DNA of 64,000 nt, taken from the NCBI RefSeq assembly GCF_036321535.1, contig NC_087472.1, forward strand, positions 101,868,001 through 101,932,000. The letters run 5' to 3'. The number at the start of each line of letters is the position of its first letter. The stretch's first letter is position 1. Positions 27,182 through 41,159 of this stretch are shown here, piece after piece. Position numbers and translations under genes: made by a program. The notes under the pieces are model-generated. The model saw nothing but the letters and a program-made list of their open reading frames with translations. It did not search any database and had not been told where the DNA came from. The DNA comes from Camelus dromedarius (lineage: Eukaryota).

Positions 27182-27939
27182 AAAGGGAACCCTCCTACAC
27201 TGTTGGTAGGAATGTAAATTAGTGTAGCCACTATGGAAAATAGTATGGAGGTTTCCTAAAAAACTAAAAACAGATGATCAAGCAATCCCACTCCTGGGCA
27301 TATATCCAGAAAAGACAAAAACACTAATTCTGAAAGATTCATGCACCCCAATGTCCACAGCAGCACTTTTTACAATAGCCAAGACATGGAAGCAACCTAA
27401 ATGTCTGCTGACAGATGAATGGATAAAGAAGATGGGGGAGATATATATATATATTATATATATATATGTATATATATATATTATATATAGAGAGAGAGAA
27501 TACTACTCAGCCATAAAAAAAGAATGAAGTAATGCCATTTTCAGCAATATGGATGGACCTTGAGATTATCATACTAAGTGAAGTAAGTCAGAAAGAAAAA
27601 GACAAATACCATATCACTTATATGTGGAATCTAAAATAAAATGATACAAATGAACTTATTTACAAAACAGAAAGAGGCTCACAGACATAGAAAACAAACT
27701 TATGGTTACCAAAGGAGAATAGAAGAGGGGTGGATAAATTGGGAATTTGGGATTAATAGATACACAGTACTACATATAAAATAGATAAACAACAAGGACC
27801 TACTGAATAGCATGGGCAACTATTTTCCATATCTAAAATGGAAAATAATTTTAAAAAGAATATATATATATATGTATACACTTAATGACTTTGCTGTACA
27901 ACTGAAACATTATAAATCAACTATACTTCAATTTTTGTT
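27182..27939 (+). mobile_element. 5'-truncated L1 3' end
   Basis: aaaagggaaccctcctacactgttggt...ctatacttcaat; flanks aaacagtgcgctctta (27166-27181) / aaaaagtgtgctctta (27940-27955); internal (TA)n. Confidence 0.93.
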
Positions 27940-29799
27940 AAAAAGTGTGCTCTTATAGCCACTAGTGGAGCCTCTGTCTCCTCATCGATCAAAAAAAAAT
28001 CATATTTCCATCACAGCATTTTGAGGGGCTTGTGAAATAACATGAGTTAGTACTAGCATTTGTTGTGTGACTGCTTTCTGCTAAGCGAATGTGTGGGTGT
28101 GAACGTGTGTGCACGTCCTCAAATTTGCTTGACATCCACCTGAACATGTTTAGAAGAATTCCCTTGATAACAGTCATCTCAGACACAAATTCAGTCATCT
28201 TCTAAAAACTAGGGGCAGGGCTGGCTACAGGAAAAGTCCAAGAGGTAAAGAAGAAGAAACTATAGGCCCTGGTCTCAGCTGTGCCCCTCAGAAGAGAAAG
28301 GCAACTCCAGACAAGCAGTGGATTCAAGCAAGAGTTACCTGGGTCCTCAGTCAATCTGGATTTTGAAAACCCTCTTATTCTGCATAAAACTCTTCTTCAT
28401 TTCACACCTGGTAAGTAAAGAAAAGCCTGTCCTTGCCGCCCTTCCCCCATCCCCACCCCAGCCTGCAACTCCTGACTTCACAGAGCGGTCTCACCAGGCC
28501 TCTGGTTTTTAAAAACCCAAAGTCAGCTACAGAGTCACCTCAACATTTGAAGAAACTCTGAGTTAACGGTCTGAAGAAGTTCCCTCATGGAAAAATCAGC
28601 TCACTTATCCTCTAGTTGGGAAAAGGAATGAAGCAAAGTAAAGTTGCAAACCCTGGTCAAATGTATCATAAAACTCCACTTTCAAAGGCCCAACTGTGTG
28701 TCACTTGGCAGCAGGGTCCCCTGGGGGCTTCTCACAACCATCTTTCAGACTTAACTGTAAAGGCTTCACACACCTTCACACCCAAAGTAACCAAATGTTC
28801 CATCCAAACACACGGCCGCCGTGGGGCTGCTTGCCTCAAAGATGTTTCGGATACTCCCGGGAGCCTGAAGGAGAAGGCTGGGCCTATCAGAGTCAGCCCT
28901 CAATTCTCCAAACACTCACTTCAAACCAAACAGTAAGGGAGCCTGTGAAGCTGGGGTAGGGTGGGGTTTCTACGACTCACTGAGCACAGGACTTCAAATC
29001 TCAGCAGCGGAGTCTGGGAAGCTGAACCTGTGTCAGGGCTTTGAAAGAAAGTCCCGTGGGCAGTTTTAGAATTTGCTTGAGGCATCTCAACCCCCAGAAT
29101 CTACAAAGTTCCATCTAGTCGAGGTTGCTATGCATCAGGTATCTAAGGCCCTCAAAGCAGGGCCCCAAGAATAAACTCTCTCAGCGGGGCTGAAGGGCCT
29201 TCCCCTCTTCGGTGTCTCTTGCCCTTCTGAAGAAATGCTCTGCTTTGCTTAGATTTGGCATAAAACTTCAATGGCAGGCGCCATTAGAGGAGGCTACTGC
29301 TGATTCAGCTCTAAAGCTCGTCCCTCCAAGTCGTTAGAGAGCTCATCACTCCTCCCCTCCCACTCCCTCCCCAAGGGAAGGAAGCAATCTGCAAATCCAA
29401 AAGGATTCTCCTTCTCACAGAGGAAGAGCTGGAGCGGCACCAATAAAGATTCCAATGTCAACCTCTGAGGACATGGAGTTTGCGAGTGATTTGAAACCGA
29501 GCTTTGTGAAGAGCCCTCGTCTGAGAATCAAAAGGCCCTGTAACTATGTTTTAATATAAAAAGAGGTGGAAAAATGGTCCTTTGAAGTAAACTACATCTC
29601 CTTCCATTGAGACACCAAAACTTTGCCATTAAAGATCAGTAATAATCTTTACATTTCAGAAAAATAGAACCAAACTTGTGCTTGGTCTAGAAGCCAAGAC
29701 ACAGCAAGGAAGAAGATCAGTGAGGGTCACAGCCTTGACTTACCTTTCAGACAAAGAGAGTTTTGTAAAACTCCAAGTCTGGGAGTTTTTGTCCAAAAG

Positions 29800-30270
29800 A
29801 AATGTGTAGGTACATTCACCAAAGGACAGGAACTAGAATGTTCATAGCAGCATCGTTCAGAATAGCCCAAACTGGAAACTCTCCAAATGGCCATCAGTAG
29901 TAGAATGGACAGATAAATCATGGTATAGTCATACAATGGAATACCAAAGTAATGAAAATAATTGAATGACAGCTACTACATACAACATGAATGGGTCACA
30001 TAAATATAATTTTGAGCCAAAAATTTCATATGTAAAAAAGCATGTACCATATTATTCCACAACAGGTTGTTAGAAGTCAGGACTACGGCCACTTTTGGTG
30101 GGGGGTGCCTGGAAGGAACTGGCAGGACTTCCTGAGGGCGGCACATGCTGTTTCTCATTCCAGGTGCTGGCTGAAGAGTGATGTTCAATTTGTAAAAATT
30201 CAATGAGCTGTACACTTATAATTTGTGCACATTGCTTTGTGCTGTAATTAGATCTCAAAAGTTTTACAAA
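29800..30270 (+). mobile_element. Old L1 3' fragment
   Basis: agaatgttcatagcagcatc...cccaaactggaaac...gagctgtacactta. Confidence 0.8.
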
Positions 30271-30619
30271 TATGTGTATATCATTTCTATATTGGGGAGA
30301 GGAGAGAGAAAGAGAATGAAGGAATGAAGGAATGAATATGAATGAATTCTTTTAGTTCCAGGTAGGAACATTTCTCGAGAACCTAGAACTCTGTTAACAA
30401 GTTTTGATTTCCACTTGCTTACTTGAGGAAAGCTGTGATACTGCTCTGGTCACACACAGAAACTCTTCATGTCTCTCAGGGAAAAAAAAGACTCAACAGT
30501 TTAGTGCCCCTTTTATTCAGTGAAAGAAGACCAAATACTTGGGAGTAATTCTGTCATCTGTGCATTTTCAAGAAAACCAGTTCCTTTTTCTCCCTTTCTC
30601 TCCCCACGCTATACCTCTA

Positions 30620-31030
30620 TGTGAGTCAGGGTCAGATAACTGCTTTAACAAATATCCCCTAAATCTCACAATAAAAGTTGACTTCTCCCTCAAGTGAAAG
30701 CCAAACAAGTGTTGGCCGACAGCCTGGTGTGTGGTGATTCTAGGACCCAGGCTCCTTCTATCTGGTGGCTCTACCATCCCTTAGCACCTTGGAGTCCTCT
30801 GCTAAGTCCTCTGCATGCAGCCAGCAGAGTATGGGAGAAGTAAGCTGCAGAGGATGGTGTAGGAGCTTTTATATGCCCATCCCAGAGTAGAGCAATTATT
30901 CCTCCCACATTCCATAGGATAGAACTCAGTCACATGATCTCATCTAACTACAAGGGAGTCTGGGAAGTGTAGTCTAGCTGTGTGCCCAGGGGGAAAAAAA
31001 CGTAAAGAGCTGTGAACACCTTATCCATTC
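30620..31030 (-). mobile_element. MLT1 (J/K-like) LTR
   Basis: gacccaggctccttctatctggtggctc...agtcacatga...gggagtctgggaagtgtagtc. Confidence 0.75.
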
Positions 31031-31489
31031 TCTATCATGCTTTGCCCAGATCTATCATCTCCTCTCTCCTGCTAGCTGTTCCATGCCTGGTGTTTGAGTG
31101 CAAGCAGCAGAAGACAGAGCCCTGGACAAGTCATTACAGGACACGATACAGCCAGTCCCAGGAAGTGAGGGCATGGGTGTCTGCACTCAGCACCACTTCC
31201 ACAGTGGCCTAGGTCCTCAGCCAGCCCTCCTCCGCCATCAGAAGTCCACACCCCCCAACAGTGAGGGTGTTATACCAACCGGTGCTAAATTGTCCTTGCA
31301 GTATCCCACAACATGAGCTAGGCCAGCCAAGCCAGAAAGCGAGATGGCATTCTTCTGTCCTTGTTTTCACCATGCATCAAGCCAGCCAGAATATTTATAT
31401 TGGTTGAGGAGCCACAGGGGCTGGGTTTTATCCATTTTTATATCTATTTCCTTTACCCAAGCCCCCTGTTACTGACAACCATAAAACAA

Positions 31490-31720
31490 CAAAAATAGTA
31501 GCATCAATGGCACACAGGTATTAATTAGCCTATACTATGTATTCTGTGTACGTGCCACACACCACCGCCCTGTCCATGGACTGACTCATTTCATCTTCAC
31601 CGCAACTCTATGTGGTGAGTACTCAGTATCCCCACTTCACAGATAAGGAAAGTAAGAAACAGGAACTATGAATTGTCGCACATCTGGCAAGTGTCAGAAC
31701 TGAGAAAGTCAAAGACTGAC
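31490..31720 (-). mobile_element. MIR SINE
   Basis: atccccacttcacagataaggaaagtaag is the reverse MIR core. Confidence 0.65.
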
Positions 31721-32390
31721 ATATACTTTTACTAGAAAGGCTACTGGGATTAAGAACACAGCCTGTGATCATGACTAAATCCCAGTCCCTCAGGGAGCAA
31801 ACCTTGAACCTCAGCTTCCTAAGGAGGCCTTGATCCAACCAAGGTGAACAGGCCACAGAAAAGCACGCAGAGCAACTTGGAAAGAAAGCAAAGTCCAAAT
31901 TGAGAAATAAAGAAGGGTGTCTCTTTGGTTTGGGGTTTGTTTTTTTTTAATTTTCCTTCTCACTCAACAGCCATTAAAAACTTTATATTGACAAATCAAT
32001 CAAGAAAACCTATAAGGGCTTTCAAATTTACCTTGACAAGCCAATACTCTTAGCCTGCACCACTTACTGTCTATGCAAATGTATTTGGAAGTGAATCTCA
32101 TTTCTCACTATCACCTCCCACTCCATCACCAGCCTGGGATTCGTTGGTCTTGGCCTAAGGGACAAAGGGTTGAAATAAAGCCATACAAGCAGCAACCTTA
32201 TGCAATATATTTTCCTTTCTGCAATTGGATTAGTTTTAATTAGCAAGGGCTCAAACTTTGCCAGATGAGCACTAGTGACATCCGATACCTGAGCAAGGTT
32301 CCAAAATCTCTTCTCTCACACCAAAGGCATTTAACCCAAGTGAAACTCTCAGGAAACGTTCCAGGGCATTCTTCCCGGTGTCTCTTCTTC

Positions 32391-32974
32391 AGTCTAGATG
32401 CACTTAGATATAATCATTAGAAATCAAATTTCAAACAACTTTCTTCATCCTCCACATGGCCCCAAACTTTGAAGCATCCTTCTCTCCTGTCTATGAAGCA
32501 GAAAGTCCCTTGACTTCTCACCTGGAAAAGGATTTCTGTGGTATTTATTCATGCTACACTTTACCCTCCTCAAAATTAATCTGGAGAATCAAAGTCTCAA
32601 TAAACATGCGCCATCTTGCAAATTGAAGCACTTCAGAGTTGAGGAGGTGGCTGGCCAAAGCAGAACTCTGATGCGAAACTAAAATGGAAACTACAGCTTT
32701 ACTCGCATTATTAAAATATAAATACAGGCTGGAGGAACAGAGTCCAGATGCATGCTGGAGAGAAACATAAATATTGATATTATATTCTAATGAACATTAT
32801 GTCTCACTGGCTGTCATCCTTCCTTACAGCTCCTAGTTCTCCCTTCCCTTTGATGTCTAGTAACAAACTCAAGAGTAGCCAAACTCTAGAGTAGGGCTTC
32901 TTATTTAAGTCTAGATGCACTTAGATGTGTAATCATTAGAAATCAAATTTCAAACAACTTTCCTTATCCTCCAC
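32391..32974. repeat. Dispersed direct repeat: 32391-32455 (65 bp) and 32908-32974 (67 bp)
   Basis: agtctagatgcacttagat[a|gtg]taatcattagaaatcaaatttcaaacaactttc[ttc|ctt]atcctccac occurs twice. Confidence 0.92.
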
Positions 32975-33289
32975 CAGGCTTCAAGAATCAACATGAGCTG
33001 AAAACACAGCTACAAATCAGCATTCCTGGCTACTTAAAAATTTGCCTTACGAGTAACAAGTTCTTTTTATTCCATGTCTTTTTAAATATTATTTTAGCTT
33101 TATCTTAGAAAAACTCCTACTTCTCGGTTACCCCTGGGGCCTCTGAGGCTAGATTCTTATCCTTGTGTCAAACAGGGCTCTCCCTAAAGCTCGGCACCAC
33201 GATGTCATAAACAGCCAGACCATCAAACCAAAGTGAGGAAACGCCACTGTTCCATTGTGTGTTAGAAATCTTTTTTTTTCTTTCAAATC

Positions 33290-33560
33290 TTTTTTTAAAT
33301 TGAGGTATAACTGACATATAGCATGTTATTAGTTTCAGGTGTACAACATAATGATTAAAATATTTGTATATATTATGATATGATTGCTGTATGTCTAGTT
33401 AACATCTACCACCTCACACAGTTACATTTTTTCCTTGTGGTGAGAATTTTTAAGATCTACTCTCTTAGCAACTGTCAAATATACATTATTATTGACTAGA
33501 GTCACCATGCTGTACATTACAGCCCCAGGACTTATTTTTCTTGTACCTGGAAGTTTGCTA
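33290..33560 (-). mobile_element. L1 (L1MA9/10-like) 3' end
   Basis: ttttaaattgaggtataactgacata...aagatctactctcttagcaa. Confidence 0.85.
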
Positions 33561-33989
33561 CTTTGCAAACCTTATACATGGACTTGCTGGTTCTTAGCCT
33601 GATCCTACTGGAGAGCCCAGAAGTTTCTGTGGAATCATTACCTTCCACACCCATTTTCATACAACAGCCCCAGTAGAGGCTAGTGCGAGGACACCAGAGT
33701 TCAAATACTGCTTTCTTAACTCAAAAGAACAATATCTACCTGAAATGAGGGAATAGTCTCTATGTTCACAGGGGTGTGGATTACATGGGTGACTACAGTT
33801 GTTAAAATTCACCAAACTACAAACCTGGCACCTGTACACTTCACTGTATGGAAATTATACATTGATTTTTTCTAAAAAAAGTATTCATTAGAATACCTTT
33901 TCAATTTTTCCAAGACAGCACGATAAGATTAATCAACAAATCTCTAGGAGAAGTACCTCCTTCCTCACCATTCAAAGTGGTTTTGTAAA

Positions 33990-34289
33990 CAGAAACAGAC
34001 TCACAGACATAGAAAACAAACTTATGGTTACCAGCGGGGAGGGGGGTAGGAAGGGATAAATTGGGAGTTCGAGACTTGTAGATACTGACAGGTATGTATA
34101 GAATAAACAAGTTTATACTATATAGCACAGGGAAATACCTTCAAGATCTTGTAGTAGCTCACAGTGGAAAAGAATATAAAAATGAATATATGTATGTACA
34201 TGTATGACTGAAACATTATGCTGTACCCCAGAAATTGACACAACATTGTAAACTATACCTCAATTTAAAATTTTTTTTTAAATAAAAAA
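33990..34289 (+). mobile_element. Young L1 3' UTR fragment (~300 bp)
   Basis: Resembles 19650-19920; identical 17-bp flanks caaagtggttttgtaaa at 33973-33989 and 34290-34306. Confidence 0.93.
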
Positions 34290-34499
34290 CAAAGTGGTTT
34301 TGTAAAATGCATTAGTTTTTGCTGTTGTTGCTTTTTTTTTCTCCTAGAAGGAGCAAGACACACTATAGCATTGATTCCTTTGGAACAAGCCTGGCAAAGT
34401 TAGAGTAGAGGAGGGCTTTCCTTTTCTTTTTAATTTTATGCCCTTCTGTATGGACTGAACTACCCAGCTCTGAACTTGAAACAAAAAATGCCAATAGCT

Positions 34500-35215
34500 C
34501 TAAACTGGATCCAACCACTTGTTATTACTTCCTCCAAACCACCACTGTGTCTCAGCAGGGGAACCACAAGAGCGCCCTACCTGGTCTTTCTGCTTCTGCC
34601 ATTCCCACAGCCTCTTCTTGACACAATCGCCAAAGGGATCCTTTGAAACTGTAGGTCAGTCATGTCACTGCTAGGCTTAAAACCCTGCAACGAATCCCCA
34701 CTTCACTAAGAGCAAAAGGAAAGTCCTGCTAGACCTTCCACCAGCTGCCCTCCACTATACCCAACCCTGGCCCCAGCCTCCCACTCTCCTCCGTGCTCAC
34801 TCCACACCCAGCACACTGGCCTCCTTACCATCCCTCCATCATGTTGGGCACACTCTCACCCCAGGGCCTTTGCACTAGCTCTCCTTTCATCTGCCTGAAC
34901 CCTAACTCTCTGTATCATTAACTCCTTCACTTTTTTCCAATCTTCACTCAAATGCTGTTTCCTCAGTGAGGCCCACCTGACCATCCCATTTAAAGTGGCC
35001 ACCCCACTCCAACCCTCCGATGGTCCTCATCCTGCTCTAGTATCTTTCTGCCCCTTATGCTTACCCCCTGCTAACATGCTTCGGCATCTCCTTAAAAGTA
35101 TCAGGTTTGTTGTTTATGGTTTGTCTCTCTCCACTGTAAGCGCTTTGTAATTTTTTGTTCACTGATGAAACTCAAGGGCCTAGAACGGTGCCTGGTGTGT
35201 AGTTAAATGAATGAA
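34500..35215 (+). mobile_element. L2 fragment
   Basis: cagggcctttgcactagct...cctagaacggtgcctgg...aaatgaatgaat. Confidence 0.82.
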
Positions 35216-35459
35216 TCTGGATGATAAACTCATTGGTCATTGTTAAAAATATCTATACTTCTCTGCATAACAAAAAGAGGCCACAATGACCGTAGGAATC
35301 TTAACAGTCGTCTGACCACGTAGAGGGACAGAGCATTGCTTGGTCAGCTGTCTCCTTTCCCCTGACCCAGCATTTCACAGATCCAGGCAGAGGTTTACAC
35401 CTACTTGGAAAAAATTAACACATGCCTCCCACTCTGCATGATCCACTTATAGTACCAAT

Positions 35460-35710
35460 AAAATAACATCCAATAATTACCAGGGGCTCACAACGTGCCA
35501 GGCACAGTCCTTGGTGCTTGCACACCTGACTCCTTTGGTCCTATCCACAACCTAATGTAGTAGGTACTGTTTTTACCTCCCTCCCATAATAGATGAAGAA
35601 CAGGAAAAATTCTGTGAATTGTCCAGTCATACAGCTCTGAAGGGGCAGACCCAGGATTTGAACCATGTGGTCTGACTTCAGCAGCCACACTCTGGACCAC
35701 ATATTCACTT
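35460..35710 (-). mobile_element. MIR SINE
   Basis: gtgccaggcacagt...ccaggatttgaacc..gtggtctgacttc. Confidence 0.7.
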
Positions 35711-36039
35711 CCTTCCAACAGTTATACAAACCAGGTATCTGACAGCCTTACTCAAACTGAGCCTAAGCAAACTACAAAGGTCATGAATTCCAAACCTTTC
35801 TTTAAGGGACAAAGTGCGAAGACATAAGGTTCTCACCAAATATCCTCAAAGAAAGGGATAAGCACTTAGATTCTCAGCCTTTTACAAATCAGGGAGAGCA
35901 GCGGACTCTAGGACCCAGAGAGTCCCCTTGCAGTCCAACTTTACAGTCGTTCGATGGCTAAAACACCAAAGCAGTTTCCCCCAAATAAACTCTTTATCCA
36001 TTATGTACAAGAAAATTTAAATAGTCCATCTGATGGCTG

Positions 36040-37175
36040 TAAGTGAGTCCAGTTTGAGCCAGACTAACCTCATTTCCCTTTTGAGTAGGGTTATTAGACC
36101 GGGAGATCAAAGGAATGCTACAGACATATGGTATCTTGATTTCAGCAAACCATTTGACAATCACTCATGATGATAGATCTTGTGGGCAAGGTGGAGAAAT
36201 GTGGTTTGAATGGGAAGGTGGGAGAGCATTCGTGGCTGCTGCAACAATGGTACCCAAGGAACGATGATTAATAGATGTCAGCTTGGAGGGATGCTTCAAG
36301 AACCGCCTGCCAATGGGCTCTGGCTGTGAGTCCACCTGAACAGGAATTTTATCAAAGATGTGGGTGATGGGCTAGCATCATGTTTATGATGTCGGCAGAG
36401 AGCAAAACGCTGTGGGCGGGAGCTGACACAGTGAATCAAGATTTTAAACCATCACCACTGATTGGAAGTGAAAGAGCAAAGCAAGCAAGATTCAATTTAA
36501 CAGAGACAATGGGGGAGTCTTGTGAAATTTAAGTTCAAAATACCAACCACACAAATGAAATAGGGGAAACCTCATGTAAAAGAGATTAGATATGCCACTC
36601 TAAAGGAAAGGGGCTTGTCGTGCCATTAGGGCAATGATGGACCAGCAGTGTTGTGCAATGCTTAAAGTGATAAGGGCCATCTTAGTCCTAGGAGGACATT
36701 CACTTATAGAAAGAAAGGAGTACATTCCTGCTCTGCACCTGTGGCAGAGGGTAGCCAGACTGGAAGCAGGACAGGAAATCTGGCATTAAGAGTCCTGGTT
36801 GAAGGAACTGATGTTGTTTTACCTGGGATGAAGAAAGCTGAGAAAGGACCACAACAGTAACCCCTGGACACCTAAAAGATGTCCTAGAATAGAGATTATA
36901 GACAGATTCCATACAGTTCCAGAAAGCAGATTAGGACTAAAAGGCAGGCAATAGAAAAAGACAGATTTAGTCTCAGTGTGGATAAGGGCTGTTTGAGAAT
37001 GGGAACTATGCACCAGTAAAGCCGTGGCGTGGGTGGCCGCTCCCAGGAGCCCCAGAGGGCATGGAAACGTGCTGTGCTTTCACTGGGACATCTTCAAAGT
37101 GAGTCTCACCCTGGGTGGGAGGTTGGAGTCGATGGATGCTAAGGTCTTTCCCAACTCTAAGAGCCCAAGACTCTC
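36040..37175 (+). mobile_element. L3/CR1 LINE (RT region to 3' end)
   Basis: 36132-36158 translates YLDFSKPFD (CR1 RT motif YLDFSKAFD), preceded by QTNLIS; tail aaggtctttcccaactctaaga. Confidence 0.85.
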
Positions 37176-38301
37176 CAAGTCTTGTTAACTTCATTTTATT
37201 CTTGGTTATTTTCACTTTGAGGACTAAGGCACTTTATAATTAAGTAATTTTTCAGCATATGGATGCCCAGGTCTTTAGACTGCAACTTCAGTACACTCAA
37301 ACCTTCTCAGGTTCATTAATAGATTGAGGGACAGACATTAATGTCAAAAACAAAGCCTGACCATGGCTGTCCTAATCATTTACAAAGATAAGCTAGACAG
37401 GTTCTCTGCCCTTTGTGGGCTTACAGTCTGGTAGGAGGGCTTCTCCAAAACCTTATTTCAACAAATTTAGACCTTAAAATGAGAGCCTTACGTTCAGAAA
37501 CCATCCTCCCTACTTATCTTTCATTTTCATTTATCATCAAGATGTGATTCATGAAGAATTCTTGATGTAAAGAGAACTTACCAGAAGTTTTGTGACTGAG
37601 AATTTGTTCCAGGGATAATCTTCCCATGATTTCTGAATCGAGTGTCCCGCAAAATCTCGTGTTCCACAATTTTTAATAGAGTAAAAAGAAATTCAACTCA
37701 ACTATTAAAACAAAATTCCCACTAACGTTTAAAATTATCTTTGTCCCTAAAATTTCAAAGTATTATATGAAGTCAATGAATCCTTAAGAAGTTTGGTCTG
37801 ACACGGGACAAGAGGAGAGATTTCACACGTGACTGCAATTTCAAGGTGATGCCTATTAAAGGTAGGCGAGAAGCTCTGGGATTGAAGATGTTTCTGAGAG
37901 CTTCTGTGGACTTTACACTTTCCTGATGACATTGTGTAGGAAAGGCCTCCACAAACAGGAAGGAAGCAATCTTTACTGTTACCAACTTCGCAGTATCAGC
38001 CAAACAGAATCTCAAGGATTTCCTACGTAAAGTAGTTTGGTAGTTTTCATTTAAAAGCCCAATTCAACACAACAAGAAAAGTCTAGAAAGAAATGTTTTG
38101 CTGTTACTAGTTAAGAGGAAATTATACCCATGAATTACTAACCTTTGAAAGATTGCTTTCTTCTCAGTTGCTCCATGACAGGTTTAAAAAGCAGCTTTCA
38201 ATGGAGCTGTTAGGATCTCATAATGCCTCAAAAAAAAAAAAAGAACCTTGCTGAGCAGAGCCAGGAAAAAAAGATACCTAATCACAGTTACTAAAACATC
38301 C

Positions 38302-38353
38302 AAAAAAAAAAAAAAAAGAAGAAGAAGAAAGAAAGAAAGAAAAGAAAAGAAAA
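38302..38353. repeat. A-rich (A)n(GAA)n(GAAA)n simple repeat
   Basis: Direct reading. Confidence 0.9.
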
Positions 38354-39549
38354 CCACATCAACCAGATTGCCAAGGGTTTTTGTGGATGGTAAGATGAAC
38401 AGAATAGGGAGGAAAAGGATCACCCGTCCAAAAGCAGGAAGAATCCATGATCAGCGTTGCCATATCGACTCAAAATGATCGATACAACCCGTGTGTTACT
38501 TCCTAGTATGTTTCTGGGTTTAGTAGTTTCCGTGTCTGCTCTGGCTGAAGTTATGCTTCTCAAATAGGGAGTTTGGATCTCCTGGGGCCGTAACTGACCC
38601 ATTCCACAGGACCATAAACAGTGCTCCCTAAGGCTGACTGATGGAACACTGAGGAACTGAGGGAATGTGTCTTCACCATCTGAGTTCCTTTTGTGCCTCT
38701 TCTCACTTTTGAAGCACCGAAGATCTCCTACACCAATGAGGGGTTCAAAGTGCAAGAAGTTTTTGTGGCAGGCAACCCCAGGAATCACCCATAGGTAAGT
38801 GAGAAAATGAGATGGAGAAAAGGAGGTGGAGAACACATAGTACATTAGCAAAGAAGTCACCACTGTGGGCAACTGGAGCTAAGTCTACTGGGAACTCTGA
38901 GAGGTGGCGGAGAACATGCCTCAGAGCTCTCTCATCCAAGGGGCACGGGAGCAGGGCCACCGGTCCACCAATGCCCCATCCGTCACTGCTTGAGCGCTGC
39001 TGCAGGGGCATTACCTTGCTGACACTTCTGCCTTTCCCTACGTGCAAGGCCAAGCATGGTCCATCAGACAGAACAAAAAGCCCTAGGTAGCCTTCAGAAT
39101 GAGAGGTCAGGGCTGAAGGAATCTAGCAGAGCACCAACAATGCCTGCTGTTCAGAAGAAGAAAAGCTAAGATCAAGGTTAGCACAGAGTTCTGGAAAACT
39201 TGAAGGCAGGAGGTGGCAGGCAAGGAATCAGGTTCCACTTCACAGAAAAGATGACATATCCACTGATTATCAAAGAGAGAGTAGGAATGAGGCTGGAAAG
39301 AAGGAAAGAGTAGTATACACACAGGCATAAAGAATGAGAAAGCCTGGAAAGATGGGGAAGACCCAATAAGTAGTTCAGTCTGACTGGACTGGGGTGGAAG
39401 GTGTGGACAGCAGGGAGGGACAACAGGTAGAGGAGCAAGAGATGAACCTTGTCAAGTAGACAGAAAGATATTGAGAAGGGCTTTGATTTTAACATAGCAA
39501 TCCCCCTGGATGTGTGTAGCCCCGAACGGGAGAAACGTCTAATGTGTGG

Positions 39550-39760
39550 GAGTGTAGTTTGTGGACTCTGACCCGGACCCTAAATCTAGGCTCCAGCACT
39601 TTCTAGCTGTTGCTACCTGAAGCAAGTTGCTAACCCTCAATAAGTAGGAAAACAACAGTACCTCTCTCAGAGAGCTCTTGTGAAGATTAAATTAGGTGAT
39701 TCATATAAAGATCTCAGCACAGGAAATGACATATAGCAGAACTCAATAAAATATCAACTA
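39550..39760 (+). mobile_element. MIR SINE
   Basis: ggctccagcactttctagctgt...ttgtgaagattaaattaggtgat...ctcaataaa. Confidence 0.7.
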
Positions 39761-39789
39761 AAAATAAAATCAATCTACCCTATAGATGT

Positions 39790-41000
39790 CACTGCAGTGA
39801 AATGTGGAAATGATGGTCTTTTCAGTAAGTGGCAATGGATTAATTATGCATCCACATGGAAAAAAATTCATCTTGACCCCTATCTCACACCATTTGCAAA
39901 TCTCAATTCATACAACTCATGAATGTAAATGACAAAGGCAAAACAAAAAAACTTCTAGAGCATAGGAGAAGAGCCTCATGATCTTGGGGTCAGTGAAGAA
40001 TCTGCTTAAGAACAAAGAATACTAACAGAACACAAAAAATACTAACCATAAAGAAAAGGATTGATAAACGGGACTACATAAATATAAAAACTTCTGCTCA
40101 CCAAAAGGTAACACTAAGAGTGAAATGGCACATGACAGAGGGCAAAACCTATAGCTCACAAATAACTCATACCCACAATGCATGCAGAATTCATACAAGA
40201 CAAGAAAAAACGTACAAAGAACCTTACTGAAAGATGAACAAAGGCCTCAAACAGGTTATCCACAAAAAAGAATATTCAAATGGTCAAAAATATATATGAA
40301 AAGGTGCTCAACCACAAAAATCATCAAAGAAATGCAAATTTAAACCAGACCACACCAGTGTTAGTGATGGCGTGGAGCAACTCACTTGCATATACTTCTG
40401 GGACTATAAATTGGTACAATCAGTTTAGAAAACTGTTAGGCAGTAGCTACTAAAGCCAAATGTGTACATCCCCTTTGATCTAGCGATTCCACTTTTAGAT
40501 ACACTCTAAATAGCTGTGTATACATAAGCCCATCAGAAGGCATGTAGAAAAATGTTTGTGGCAATAGCCCTAAAGTGGAAACAACCCAAATGGCCATCAT
40601 TAGAATCAATTAACAAATTGTGGTACATGCACACAGTGGGATTTTATTCAGCAATGAGAAGGAACAATCTATTATATATGCAACAATCTACTATATACGC
40701 AACAATGTTGGGTGAGCAATGCTAGACACTAAAAAATACATACTATATGATTCCACTTTCATTAAGTTCAAAAACAGGAAAATTTAATTGGAGACGTAAG
40801 TCAGAATGATGGTTACCTTTGGGGTAGGGGGTAGTGCCTGATAAAATGGGCCTCAGGAGGGTGGTTCAACAACACGTTTTATTTCTTGATCTGGGTGATG
40901 GTTGTGTGAGTTGTTCACTTTGTGAAAATTAACCAAGCTGTACATTTATGGTCTATGCACTTTTCTGCAGCAACGTTCAACTTTAATATAAAGTTTACTT
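39790..41000 (+). mobile_element. Old L1 (L1MD/ME-type) ORF2 end + 3' UTR
   Basis: cttgacccctatctcacacca...atgaaaaggtgctcaac...tatgattccactttcattaagttcaaaaacagg. Confidence 0.85.
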
Positions 41001-41159
41001 TAAAACTCAGAAACTAAACATAATCAACAGCATTCAAAGAGCCAATGACATTAAACTGTCTCAGGATGAACCTTTTGGGGTCAAGGACCATGAAAGCAAT
41101 TCCAAAGTCTCAGGTTTTAGTGACTGAAAAGCTAGACTTACTTCACGTTTATGAGCATT

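Noticed and set aside
31185..31590. REST/RE1-like half sites (tcagcaccac; ctgtccatggactga)
   Set aside because: Neither matches the full consensus without gaps, and the second lies in a MIR.
32391..32974. CRISPR-like or LTR-element reading of the direct repeat
   Set aside because: Only two copies, a 452-bp spacer, mammalian context, no cas genes and no LTR termini or TSD.
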